NCBI GenBank assembly: GCA_011109175.1 | Contig: RDEW01000014.1 | Location: forward strand, 1,164,143 to 1,228,142 | Direction of reading: 5' to 3' | DNA from: Dicyema japonicum | Taxonomy: Eukaryota > Animalia > Dicyemida | Length of the DNA: 64,000 nucleotides | Translations under genes and position numbers: made by a program | In this document: positions 49,801 through 61,989 of the stretch, in pieces | How positions within the stretch are numbered: the stretch's first letter is position 1 | Layout of the letters: each line of letters starts with the position of its first letter | Notes under the pieces: generated by a model | Told to the model about the DNA's origin: nothing | Database searches by the model: none | What the model saw: the letters and a program-made list of their open reading frames with translations, nothing else

Positions 49801-52800
49801 CCTTTAAGAAAAAAAATGGTATACAGGTATTTTTATTCAATTTATTTAGGTAAATGTCATCTTCTAACTGTTCTTCTGCTACTCGGAACTCTCATTGGGT
49901 TTTAATTAAATAGGGAATTTTGGGTTTCAAATTAATGGCTTATTATTATATTAAAATTTAAGCTACAGTTGACACGAATAGGACATATTCTCCTCTTCTT
50001 TGAGCTAAACCCAATCATATTCGATTTCTAGAACTGAGTGATATTCTTTCTTTGGTGGCTTCACTACAAGTCTTTTGGATTCCGTAGAAAATGTCGTCAC
50101 GTAGTCTATAGCTGAAATCTCTAAGCTTTTTGGATAACAATCGCTATATTCGTATGGGCATACCACATCAAGCGAGATAAGTCGATGGTTTCAGAGTTTA
50201 GAATATTTTTATATCCCCATCTTTTCGGAAACATAGTCTATCTCGTGGGCATGAGGAGTCTTATCATCTTAGGGAATCCTCATCCAGTATTGTTTCGAGT
50301 ATGCTTATTACTGTGTCAATTTCTCTTGAGAAGTCGATTTCGAGGATATTTATTTCATTCTTTTATCTTTGTGTCATATCTCCATACAATGTCTGAAGTG
50401 GATCGAACGCTCCTGAATCCGCTTTGATTAACGGATTACTATTCCACCACCGGACTTATTTCTTCAACCACAACATTTGAGAAAATCTTTATTATTGAGT
50501 TCAGTAATATGATTGGCCTTGTTTTTCGACAGGGCTGATTATTTCAATGGTTTTGGATTGGGGTTAGGATGCCTTCTCCCAATGGTAAAGGTATAATCGT
50601 TTCAAATATTTTTTTATAAATGGTGATAATTTTTGTGTCAATAATTCGGAAGCATTTTTATGAGTTGTTCATTTATTCCATATATTCATGGGGTAGTGTT
50701 ATTTTTTGGTTTGTTGATCAGAACCTCTTAGCATGGATCATTAGAGGTATGGAGTTGCAAGTAAATTGTTTAATTGTTGGTCCTCGTGTGGAATTAATTA
50801 TTGAAATGAACACTTTTAAATTTGTATGTTCCTATGAATCCTATGAATGCTGTCTTAAAAACCCAGCAAAGCAATGACTACTTTGGTTCGTTTAAGAAAA
50901 ACCAAGAACGGAATCTGACTAAAAAAATTAATCAAATTGACCATCTTGTATAGAAAACCAAAGATCTTAGCGAGGACTAAAGATTTATGTTCTTTTGGAG
51001 TGACAAGAAGTGGTTTACGAGCGAATAGAACATAATGCTGACACCCTTGGAGATCCTAATCCGAAAAAAATAACTGAGAGGCCTGATCCAGTGTGATTGA
51101 AAAAAATCAGACCCCAACGAGCTTGTGTTAGATCGAGGGAGGAGCATCGAGCCAAGTTGGGATCACTTAGTTTATTTTTTCTGTTTAACCGTGGTCTTGG
51201 AATAAAAATTTGATTTGAATACTGATTTTGGAACGTACAGTGACAAAATTGGTAATCATACGCTTATCTTTCAGAAAACTGTATAGTAGTTATTTCACAG
51301 GAAGGCAAATAAAGTATTATTATTTATAGGCACGTACGCGATGACAAGATCATGACAAAACCTGTGCAACACGAAAAATTACAATCTAATTAACGTCCCC
51401 CATCTTTTTCGATCCGTTGCCATGTTCCGCAGCATATCTAGATCGTCTTCATTTTTAAGGTTCTTTCCAATCCTCTTGAGATCTTCATCTAGAATATCCG
51501 GCAGTTTTGTTTTCGGCCGGCCGCGGAAACGCGAAGTTTCAAAGACAAAATACTCCTCCATTGCTATGTTGGCAGGGGTCCCCATATCGTGGCGAAGTAT
51601 GTGTCCAAACAGCCTACTTATTGAATAAGTAACATCAAATGATATTGGCTTAGTTTCTCTTCTCTTGTATAAGATTTCAGACGGTATTTTGAAAAAGCTT
51701 TGGGAAGAAAGGAAAGCTAGGAGATGATTTCTGTGAAAAGAATTCAACTTTTCGAGTTCCTTCCCTGTACATGCCCATTCAGCGGCATTATATAATCGGA
51801 TTGGCCTCACTAGGGCATTGTATACTCTCATTCGAGTTTTAGGGTCAAGCCCTTTGTACAGAAGCCGGGTCTTCTTCATTTTGTTGAAAGCGATATTAGT
51901 TATTGTCTTCCTTCGTTTGTATCTTCTGTGTCTCCGAGAAGGGATCCTAGTTTTTTTGATCTACGCCAGTGCTCGTCGGTCCTTTCCTCACTTCTTTTTA
52001 GCTCCGTGATTTCGGTTTTGTTTGTGTTTACTTTTATTGACCATTCAGCCATTTTATCAGGTATTTTCTCCAAAAGTGCAATTAACTCTTCTATGTTATT
52101 CGAACCTTAAAACCATGTTTAGAAATAAAAAAAATTAATAAAGTTTTTGATAATTAAAAATAACAAAAATCAAGAAACTACCGCTTTATTCATTTGAGTG
52201 TATTTTTGTTACTTTATGATTTTAAATTATCAACTTGTATCTCGTTGTCAACACAAGAACAAAATTTTTGCATCTCGAATTCCGCCACATCTTCAGAATT
52301 GGCTAAAAGATTTCTTCTCCAGGACTCTCTAGTGCATGGAAAAGAAAAGAATTTTGTGAAGACCTTTCAAAATACAAGATATCAGTCGGATGTCTCCAAG
52401 AGACGAAAATATCGAAGGAGTTTGAAGAACAACACGGAAAGTTTAAGTTAATTTTTCTCTCTGGGGGATAAAAACATTACGGACTCGGATTTGCTGTAAG
52501 AAAGGACCTACTCCGGCGCATATACCGTTATTGGACAATCAATGAAAGGATTGGGATTCTACAAATAACATTGGACGATTATAACTCTCCGAAGAGTTAT
52601 CTTACTATTATTAACGCATATGCTCCACACAGTGGATGTATCAATAAGAAACCCGAGGAAATTGACGACTTTTATGCGAATCTGTCTGATGTTTATTCCA
52701 ATTTTGCAAATTACACATTCATATTGATTGCCGGTGATCTTAATGCAAAAGTTGGAAATCGAATCACTATAGAAGAAGCATTCATTGGAAGACATGGAAG

Positions 52801-53010
52801 GGGAAAAAGGAACATTGCACGAACCTTGTTAGCTAGATTTTGTCAAGCAAATAATCTATTCCTTTGTAACATGGCCTTTATGCACTCAGCAAGACACAGG
52901 ACAACTTGGTCAGGCAATAGAGCTAAGAGTGTCCTGACCATCCTAATCGTTGAGCCCTCCAAGAAGTGCTTCAGTATTTGCAGCAGCTTGTTCCTGTTGA
53001 CGGAATCAAT
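46880..53010. repeat. Right arm of inverted segmental duplication (left arm ~8500-15233)
   Basis: Collinear reverse-complement matches, e.g. ORFs 12502+/49369-, 12791+/49041-, 12948+/48833-, 11666-/50185+, 9886+/51379-, 14892-/47009+. Confidence 0.88.
52330..52930 (+). mobile_element. RTE APE endonuclease fragment
   Basis: CEDLSKYKI.VGCLQETK, HYGLGFAV, IINAYAPHSG, IAGDLNAKVG, CNMAFMH. Confidence 0.8.
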
Positions 53011-53234
53011 TAACTTTTCTTTGTTAATCGAAATAAAGTCCACGTCATCTTTTCTGACAAATACTGTTCTCCCTTCCAGAAACACTTTATTAAATTGATG
53101 TTCTATCAATTGAGTTGAAATTATTCGAATGAAAATTCAATAAGGACGAATCCACGTATCTTCTGAATCCTGTCCAGGAAGCATTAACATAGTCATAGAA
53201 AATGACGTGTTTTAACCGCGTCATTTTTTAATTG

Positions 53235-53690
53235 ATCTAGATCAGAATGGGAGTATGGTCGCTTCGCAAGTCATAGTTTACCGACCAGCATATAACCGGA
53301 GCAAGCCGTGGTGAACATAACGTAATATCCGGCAATGTTTCCAAATTCTCGTTATTATATGGGGTTCGTGTATTCCTAATTGGGTCGTTCATAATGGACA
53401 GATTTTCTAATTGAGAAATAATATGAAATCCCTTTGTCAATTTAATTCCTCTCCAAAAATAAACTCAGTATATAATTCCGTGGTCGTCTGCCTAGAGTTG
53501 GAGACTAACCACCGACGTTACTTTTTGTCTGATCACGGAAATGTATTGAGTTTGATGAGGATAGATAACCGCTATTACCATCGATAGAGACGAAAGACAG
53601 CTTGTTGGGTCTGTTGGTTGATTCGTTATGTTATGGCGGTTCATGAGTTGTCGTCTACAGGCCTCTCTTAATGTAAAAACTGAGTACATA
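53235..53690 (-). mobile_element. Ingi/Vingi-like APE fragment
   Basis: NDP..TR....TLPDITL..W.V..DL.SDH.PILI. Confidence 0.65.
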
Positions 53691-54181
53691 GAGTCTTTAA
53701 GGTAGTGTTCGATAGTGACATAGTTTTATTGACCAATCTAAGATTATGGCCATTGGAATTGTTAAATTTGGTAAAAAGGTAGTTTTACTGACAAATTAGG
53801 TTATTATCCGTCTTCAAATTAACAACGTTGGTAAATCAATCAAAATTATTTCTTTTATCTCATTTGATGATTGTTTTAATGCAGCCACTGGTTTGGTTGT
53901 CGACTCTCATAAAATTACGTTTCATTTGTTTTTATAAATTATGTATCGTCCTCGAAAGGAATGAATTGGAAGTTTAGTGCTATTTGTGGTGGAGTATGGG
54001 ATAAGGATGGCTATAAAACAGTGTTCCTTATTTATCATATATCAGAATTGTGTGAACAAAATGTGGGAGTATTGTTGAGGTTGATTCCTCTACTTTGAAG
54101 GTCACTTCTTCGGTGAAACTTTTACCGCGTAGACAGAGTGGAACATTTCATATAAAAAAGTATATATTTTTTGTTGAACAG

Positions 54182-54793
54182 ATAATTCTAATTGGATCAC
54201 TTGTGTTGAGTATTTAGAGAATTATTTGGTCACAGCCTCCGGTGATTCTATCGTGAGAGTTTGGATCGATGATAAATGCATCATAGAAGCTGGTTAACAA
54301 TTTATGATTATTTTCAGAGATTGAAGGCATTTGTTCACTTCTCAGGTTCTCCACTGATGGGATTAGAGTTGTCGCGGGTTTTGATTCAGTAATTTGTTAA
54401 ATAATGTTCAGGGATCAATGGGAGTTCTGAACGTAGAGAAAAAGTGTTATTCCCCCATAATCAGTGGCCAAAATGGGAATATACTCTCAGCCGCAGTGCA
54501 TGCGGCCAATAAACTGTTAGTAACAGCAACTGAATTCTCCTTTAATGTTTGGGAGATTCGTGAGACCAATTATTATGACAAACCAGCATTTATAGTTGAC
54601 GTTGGGGGTAAAACCTCCTCACTTTTACTTTTCCACCCAAACGGGAGGATCATAACCTGTGGATTTACTAATGGTTCTGTCGATATTATTGACTGGCAGG
54701 AAGGGGATATCCGTAAAATAAAGTTTTTAAATGACTTATTGACAGCTTCCACAATTCTAAGATCATCGGTCTCCAGTTTATCATGGAAGGAAC
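54182..54793 (+). CDS. WDR90: WD40-repeat protein, WDR90/POC16-like (partial; cut by gap)
   Basis: Introns 54293-54317 and 54389-54411 give VTASGDSIVRVW..IIEA|EIEG..FSTDGIRV..|GSMGVLNV..Y..FHPNGR..CGFTNGSV, resembling the WDR90 repeat region as recalled; upstream exons unresolved. Confidence 0.6.
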
Positions 54794-55592
54794 NNNNNNN
54801 NNNNNNNNNNNNNNNNNNNNNNNNNNNNNNNNNNNNNNNNNNNNNNNNNNNNNNNNNNNNNNNNNNNNNNNNNNNNNNNNNNNNNNNNNNNNNNNNNNNN
54901 NNNNNNNNNNNNNNNNNNNNNNNNNNNNNNNNNNNNNNNNNNNNNNNNNNNNNNNNNNNNNNNNNNNNNNNNNNNNNNNNNNNNNNNNNNNNNNNNNNNN
55001 NNNNNNNNNNNNNNNNNNNNNNNNNNNNNNNNNNNNNNNNNNNNNNNNNNNNNNNNNNNNNNNNNNNNNNNNNNNNNNNNNNNNNNNNNNNNNNNNNNNN
55101 NNNNNNNNNNNNNNNNNNNNNNNNNNNNNNNNNNNNNNNNNNNNNNNNNNNNNNNNNNNNNNNNNNNNNNNNNNNNNNNNNNNNNNNNNNNNNNNNNNNN
55201 NNNNNNNNNNNNNNNNNNNNNNNNNNNNNNNNNNNNNNNNNNNNNNNNNNNNNNNNNNNNNNNNNNNNNNNNNNNNNNNNNNNNNNNNNNNNNNNNNNNN
55301 NNNNNNNNNNNNNNNNNNNNNNNNNNNNNNNNNNNNNNNNNNNNNNNNNNNNNNNNNNNNNNNNNNNNNNNNNNNNNNNNNNNNNNNNNNNNNNNNNNNN
55401 NNNNNNNNNNNNNNNNNNNNNNNNNNNNNNNNNNNNNNNNNNNNNNNNNNNNNNNNNNNNNNNNNNNNNNNNNNNNNNNNNNNNNNNNNNNNNNNNNNNN
55501 NNNNNNNNNNNNNNNNNNNNNNNNNNNNNNNNNNNNNNNNNNNNNNNNNNNNNNNNNNNNNNNNNNNNNNNNNNNNNNNNNNNNNNNNNNNN
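54794..55592. other. Assembly gap (N run)
   Basis: Run of n. Confidence 1.
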
Positions 55593-55770
55593 ACGTCTGG
55601 AAGATCTTTGGTCTGGGACGCAACTTGCATAGACACGTTCTCAAGCACGAACATTTTTAAACCTGGAGCAGCTGCTTCGACTGCGGAAAACCTAAAAATC
55701 AAGAAATATTCTTGCCTCGGGGATCGCTACCGATTTACAATCCACTCAGGAGGCTTCCTCAACTGACATT
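55593..55770 (+). mobile_element. CRE 3' fragment, same family as 3278-6330, with internal deletions
   Basis: SGRSLVWDATCIDTFSSTNIFK..GAAASTA.NLKIKKYSCLGDRYRFT..GFLN nearly identical to the 3278 ORF C-terminus. Confidence 0.88.
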
Positions 55771-56199
55771 TTTTTAATTGTTAAAAAAATCCACAGACGT
55801 TGAATGACGTCAGTGTGAAGAGATCATTAGTCATGTATGAAATAGACATAATTAATCAGAACCACGTCACCGGTTCAATCAAACCGACACTTAAATGGAC
55901 ATGTAATCAAAATATATAACCAAACTGACTACATTCTTTGTCGACTATCACTGAGAGCTCTACTCTCAGATGCCCGAACATATGGAGGAACGCTAACATC
56001 GAGTGACCATAAACTATTGGTAATTAAACCTCTCCTAAAGAGAAGATTTTGGATTAACAGAGCCAAAACCAGACAGAGAAGTTAGATACGTAGTCGAACT
56101 TTAAGAAACAATCCTGTCCACAGAAATAACTATTCAGCTAAAATATCACAAACCATAGAACCGATCAATCTACCTGGTGGAAGTTTATGGAATAAACTC

Positions 56200-57470
56200 G
56201 TAAACAAAATAAAATCAGTGGCTAATCACACGATTGGGACATTTCCCAAAACCTTCAAAGGAATACCCACATATAGATCACCTCTCCCATTTACAAAAGG
56301 ATCTACGTATCAAATGCATGAACTCCCACAACCAAGCGAAAGAGTTCAAAATCCAAAGAAACAAAATTATGCGAGAAATCAAGAAAAAATGTCAGATAAA
56401 CGACGAAACAGAACTACAAAACCTTGCAAATGTAGTAGGAAAGTACAAACACAGAGCGCAAATGTATACATCTGTAAAGATGCTAGCGCGAAAGAAGAAA
56501 TCTGAAAATCTAACAGTTCATGATGAACTAGGAAAAACCATTTACAACAAACACCAAAGCTGATCACTTTGAAAAATATTTCAATTTTGAAATAAAATAC
56601 GCTCTTGAAGAGTTCCAAATACTCATTACTCACATTTTGAACAAAACTTTTGAGGAACACTCTGATTTAACATCGGAATCGGAAGATTAATCCCTTTACA
56701 TAAAACGGTGAAGGAAAAAAACTAAACAGACCAATCATACTACTCAACTCACTGCGCAAAATTCTATCGCTAATTGCTCTGGACAGAATAAAAGCCTTAC
56801 TACGTGGATTTATCGGAGCTAGCCAAAATGGGTTTGTCTCTGGAAGATCAACTTCCGATACCGTTTGGAGCCACAAATGTATATGTGCTTAAAAGACTAA
56901 ACAACGTATGGTAACGAGGTAAACAAATTTCTGCCTGTTTAAAATTAAAATCATACAATATGTTCGTAAAATTGGTTTTACTGTACAACTCTTCTACCTG
57001 GGCACTCACAATATCTGAAATGGAAAGTCTGAACTTTTTTCATAGATTGCAGCTCAAATACATTCTAAGTATTTTCTGGCTAAAGCACATCTCAAACAAA
57101 CACCTCTATTCCCATTACAATATCCACCCATTGGACGGAGAAATAAGGAGTAACAGATGGGGTTTATTTGGTCACATCTTAAGAATTGACAGGAATACTC
57201 CTGCTAATCTCGCGATGGAACACCACTATGCTCCTCATCCGGGATCGACTTTTCGGGGATGACCACGAATTACTCTACCAATCCTTCTACATCAAGACCT
57301 AACTTCAATTGGGAAAGGGTCGACGTCGGCAGATGATCTTGAGCACCTGAGGGACCTATCGAGTAACAGAGGGGACTGGAAGCGATTAACAAAACGCATC
57401 CAGGATAGGGTGGCACAAGCGATATTACTTTACTAACGTTTTTTTGCGGTGTGCTTAATAATAATAATAA
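56200..57470 (+). mobile_element. Decayed RTE LINE, internally deleted, with (TAA)n tail
   Basis: SQNGFVSGRSTSD, LLYNSSTW, RWGLFGHILR, tail TAATAATAATAA ~57457. Confidence 0.8.
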
Positions 57471-57799
57471 CCAAATTTGCCAATTTATTTACTTTAATTT
57501 TGATCAAACATTAATTACTCCCAATTGTAGATGGAACAGGCTCTTTGCAAGAACCCCCCAATGCAGAGAGCCTGGAAGTGGATCAAGAACATCAAAAGCT
57601 TATTCCCAGAGAAAAAAGTCGAAGTCTATATAAAACCAGACACTCTGATAAAATATTATACGTATATCTCCTACAAGGAGTTTTTTAAAAGAACACCAAG
57701 TATTCCTGAAAAAGATTGGACCGAAAGCTCCGATGACTGGATTCTCTTTACTAGCCAGAATGTCGCATGGTCATATCCAAGGTCAGAGGCCAGAGGATT

Positions 57800-58860
57800 A
57801 TACAACACAACCACATGAGAGCTGAAGCACCTAGGCCTATATTTTCAACCTATCCATCAACACGAATACAATCCCTGAAATATGTAAGAAGTCTCTAATC
57901 AAACCTATTTCAAAACCTGACCAATAAATGAACCATTTTCCTATCGCCCAATATCTATTCTGAGTCCGGTCTCAAGGATCCTTGAAAGGCTTATTTTGGA
58001 AAAAGTACAAGACTCAATCTCAATACCTTCGACCCAGCACGGATTCCGGGGTAACCATTCGACCACAACACACCTCACAACCCTTACACAATTCATTGCG
58101 GAGGATTTAACTCCCCCAAACCCCATCAGAGAACAGTAATTATATCGTGGACATCACAAAAGCGTTCGACTCAGTCCCTAAAAAACTACTTACAAAGAAA
58201 ATATTTGAAACCAACATCCATCCAAACTTGAAGCTTTGGCGTGGAAACTTCTTAAATGGAAGACGAGCACAAGTACTCTGCAACAACATCAAATCAAGAT
58301 CTTGCTACTTTCCAAATAAAGTCCCTTAAGGCTCCCCACTATCACCCTGACTCTTCAATCTCTACATAAACGTCATTCCACAAACCTTTAATGAAAACTT
58401 CCTAATCATCTCCTATGCCAACGATATCATTCGTTCCTCCAAAGACAGAAGCATTCAATCAGCGACTCAGTCCGCTAAACAAATGCTTGAGAAACTGGAA
58501 CTATGGCTCTCGAAGCGGAGACTTGACGCATCACAACAGAGTCTTCTGTCATGCAGTTTACCACTTACAAAAGGCAGCTCTGTGTCGAACCAAAAATCTT
58601 TATGAAAAACAACTATTACTATTAACAAAACACCTAAGATTCTGGGAGTCACCTTTGATCAAGGACTCTCCTTTATTTGACATGTTGAAAACAAAGTAAC
58701 TTCTGCTCTGAGTGCTTTCAAAAACACTTAGGGACCAAACTGGTGTCTTTCTTTGATCAAGGACTCTCCTTTATTTGACATGTTGAAAACAAAGTAACTT
58801 CTGCTCTGAGTGCTTTCAAAAACACTTAGGGACCAAACTGGTGTCTTTGTCACGATTTAT
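57800..58860 (+). mobile_element. Ingi/Vingi-like RT fragment with 98-bp tandem duplication
   Basis: QHGFR..HSTTT, DITKAFDSV, KILGVTFDQ; 58653-58750 repeated at 58751-58848. Confidence 0.78.
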
Positions 58861-59419
58861 GAACAATTTATCCTAGCAAGTCCTTCATAAGCAATGCAGA
58901 TCTCACGATCTTTCTCACTGAAACAATCCGCATTCGAGGAGATGGTTAATTAGACCAGAATACAAAATCCTCTCCATTGAAAATCTCTTAATCGAATTAC
59001 AACGGGAACTCTTAAAGGAAACCAATTTACCGAGCTGCCTTCTATTCCATACACTATCGAAATATCTACAATCATACAGAAATTTTGAGCCGATGTCATG
59101 TCCAATAAGAAAAGCTGTTCAGGATTCTCGACTCTGCCGGACTTGTCTTCTCTTTATCGATCTAGTATCACTTAGTTAGATGAGAACTTTTATTTCTTTC
59201 TTTTTGACCCAGTGATCATAGGGGTAATATAATCTCCTATGTCACAAAGAAAGACAAAGGATGATCTCGTTTACCGCAATTACTAAGGATATCTTGAGTC
59301 TCCGTTGTACCCATTGCTACCCTTCCATGTGAATCGAATTTATTCTTTATCAACAAAAGTAAAGAAATCTAGTTGCCCATCTAGGCTGCACTAAAAGAGT
59401 TCAGAGCCTTGGTTGGAAA

Positions 59420-60115
59420 CAACCATGACGAGATAATTTATGCAGACGATCTGGATTTTGTTTATGAGGATACTCAAACATTTCAGCAAATGCTCAGCGT
59501 ACTCCCACACATATTTTAGAAATAGTTCTTATCCGTAAATTCCGACAAAACGGAGATACAACGGATACAAGTAATAATCGGAGATCGGACGAGTCATGGA
59601 GATGGTAGAAGAACGTGGGCTCTGTTCTAGGAGACTCTGAAGATGTTACTCGTAGGAAGATCTTTCTAAGAGTGCACTGAAATAACTACAACTCTGGGAA
59701 TCCCTAAACGGGAAGTGGACCGTCTTGACTCTTTCCACAGTGCTCAGCTCAAATCGGTAATCAAGATCAACTGGCCTATGAAGATCTCTAATGCAAACCT
59801 TTTAAATGCAAATCCGTCGTGCTGTCAGATGATATTTTCAAATGAAGATGGAGCCTCTTTGGCCACGTGTTACATATAAATTAACAGGTCACCGCAAATG
59901 TCGCAATGGGCAATACTTCATATATCAGCCGGATCCTTTGGAAGGCCAAGAACGACACTTCTAACTATCTTGAACGAATATATGTCGGCGGTTGGTATGA
60001 GAATAACTAAGCGGACGGCCTGGACTACCTATGAGAACTAGCGCAACAGAAAAATATGGTCGAGGCTGACGATGAGGATGATTCTGAATATGGCACAACG
60101 GAAACTTAATTAATT
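59420..60115 (+). mobile_element. RTE 3' fragment
   Basis: IIYADDLDF, LDSFH..QL, RWSLFGHVL, GRPRTTL. Confidence 0.75.
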
Positions 60116-60304
60116 TTAAGTATTCTCGTGAGTGCTTTTAATAATAAGTAGAGATTGTCTCAATTAATTCGTCTTCTCTTAGAGGACACCAAATCATTGA
60201 TACTATTTCTAGTTTGGGAAAAAATCTAACCTTCCGAAAGACCTCCATGGATTATATAGTACCATCCAGTCTTGAATTTCGTTTACAAACACTACATTAA
60301 TCAG

Positions 60305-60500
60305 ATGGCTCAGCGTAATTAGTTCCCTGGTTCGAAGCTAACTGCTTTCCATTCGGTTATAGGTTCTACAAATTAACGATGCTTTGGGGTTGACGAGTGA
60401 CGCCGTCATCAGTGTCTCATCACTGCATAGCTGTATTATCTTCTAAGACTAAACATAAACAAAAAGAACGACAAGTCAAGATACTTTCAAATTCCTTGAA
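60305..60500 (+). mobile_element. tRNA-derived SINE
   Basis: A-box-like TGGCTCAGCG, B-box-like GGTTCGAAGC, core GACGAGTGACGCCGTCATCAG at 60392-60412. Confidence 0.65.
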
Positions 60501-61462
60501 TTAACATTTCTGTTCTTACTTCTGATACGTGCTTGTGTAGACTTTTTGGAAACAAATCGGTTAGGTCTCTCTTAAAGCATGCTGATCATGTGAGTAGTTG
60601 GTTTGTTTTACTGTGGTTTTTAGGATTTTTCATTTCTTTTTCTTTGAACTCTCAAAGAGGGATGGACAATGCTAAAATCATTTGAAGATTTGCTGGTGTA
60701 GTCTAACAAACTCGGCCCTGCTTGTTTATTATCGTGGGAGTCTTCCGAGAGTGATGCCTGGTTTAACCCATATTTATGTTAGTCTTTCTGATCACAATAG
60801 TCTGAGTATGTTAATAGAACTTGTTCACAATGTAACGTCAGTAGTAATTTTACTATGTTTACCTATGAATTGTGAATTAGTTAGCAAGCATATCTCATCC
60901 ATGTAGTTTCTCTACTTCCACCTGTCTTAATGGCTGTTGAGAGGTTATTCCTACATAAATAAAGGTTATTTCATTATCACAAACTATTGTGCATCTTTAC
61001 AACATATCCACATTGGATTGTATTTTTTATTCTTTTACTCTTTTTGATTCCTAATTGACGACAAATTTGTACATCTCACAACTTCATTGCCGCATAATGG
61101 CACTGTCGGGGATAATATCCAATTTACCACAATGACTGCAATTTGATTTTATCGCAAAGAAAATATTCAGATCTTGGACCATTAACTCATTGCTTGGGCT
61201 TCCACTGGTTAACCATTCAGTAATCAATATCGAAAAACATGTTGCGAAATCACGATTGTGATCTGTGTGTTTTATCTGCTTTCAAAATTCCTGCTTTTCT
61301 GAAACACATGCTGTGGAAGAGAATGGGTGATCTTTGGATATTAAGTTCGGACAAGATGTTACTGAATGAAGGAGGATCTCGTCGGGTTTTTTGGACTCTG
61401 TAAAATTTGTCAACTGAGATTTCGAATATTTAAAAAATTAATACAAAAATTTTATTAAAATG

Positions 61463-61940
61463 TTAATTTACAAAAATTAAAAGTAATGATTTCAAGGATT
61501 CTTCAATAGCTTGGGACATTTGAGAGCAAGATAATTCTGATCTCCTTAATGTGGTTATCGTGAACATAATGTGATCGTCCTGCAGATTGTGTGAAATAGA
61601 ATATCCATCACCTATAGGACTTGAAAAACACATTCCATCAGCAGGAAGAGGTAACTAGCAATCACCTATAAATATACAGAATATGACATTATGCCAATCT
61701 TGTGTAACTCTTTGTAAGCCTCTTGAATAAATGTATCCAATGTTACCCAATAAAGAGCACTTAAATGCCCATAATATCCTGATCCAACAGCAGACTAGTG
61801 ATTATTATAATACAAACTCCCAAGTAATTTTTCTTAAAGGAATAATAAACATTTGGTATTGGAAGTTTTAATTGACTTTTTATTGCAGAATTCCTATCAA
61901 AATTAAATCACACAAAATACATTTTCCATTAATTCTACTA
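61463..61940 (-). CDS. Choline/carnitine O-acyltransferase family, 3' exons only
   Basis: SAVGSGYYGHLSAL..FI.EAY..MSYS|LP..GMCFSSPIGDGYSI..NL.DDHI.FTI..S..AIEESL; 23-nt intron 61655-61677; stop 61463-65. Confidence 0.65.
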
Positions 61941-61989
61941 TTTAAATTTTTAAATTATATTTTTAATTATCGAATAAACATGCATTTTG

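Noticed and set aside
15176-55766. Long ORFs made mostly of X in the ORF track
   Set aside because: Artefacts of translating through N gaps.
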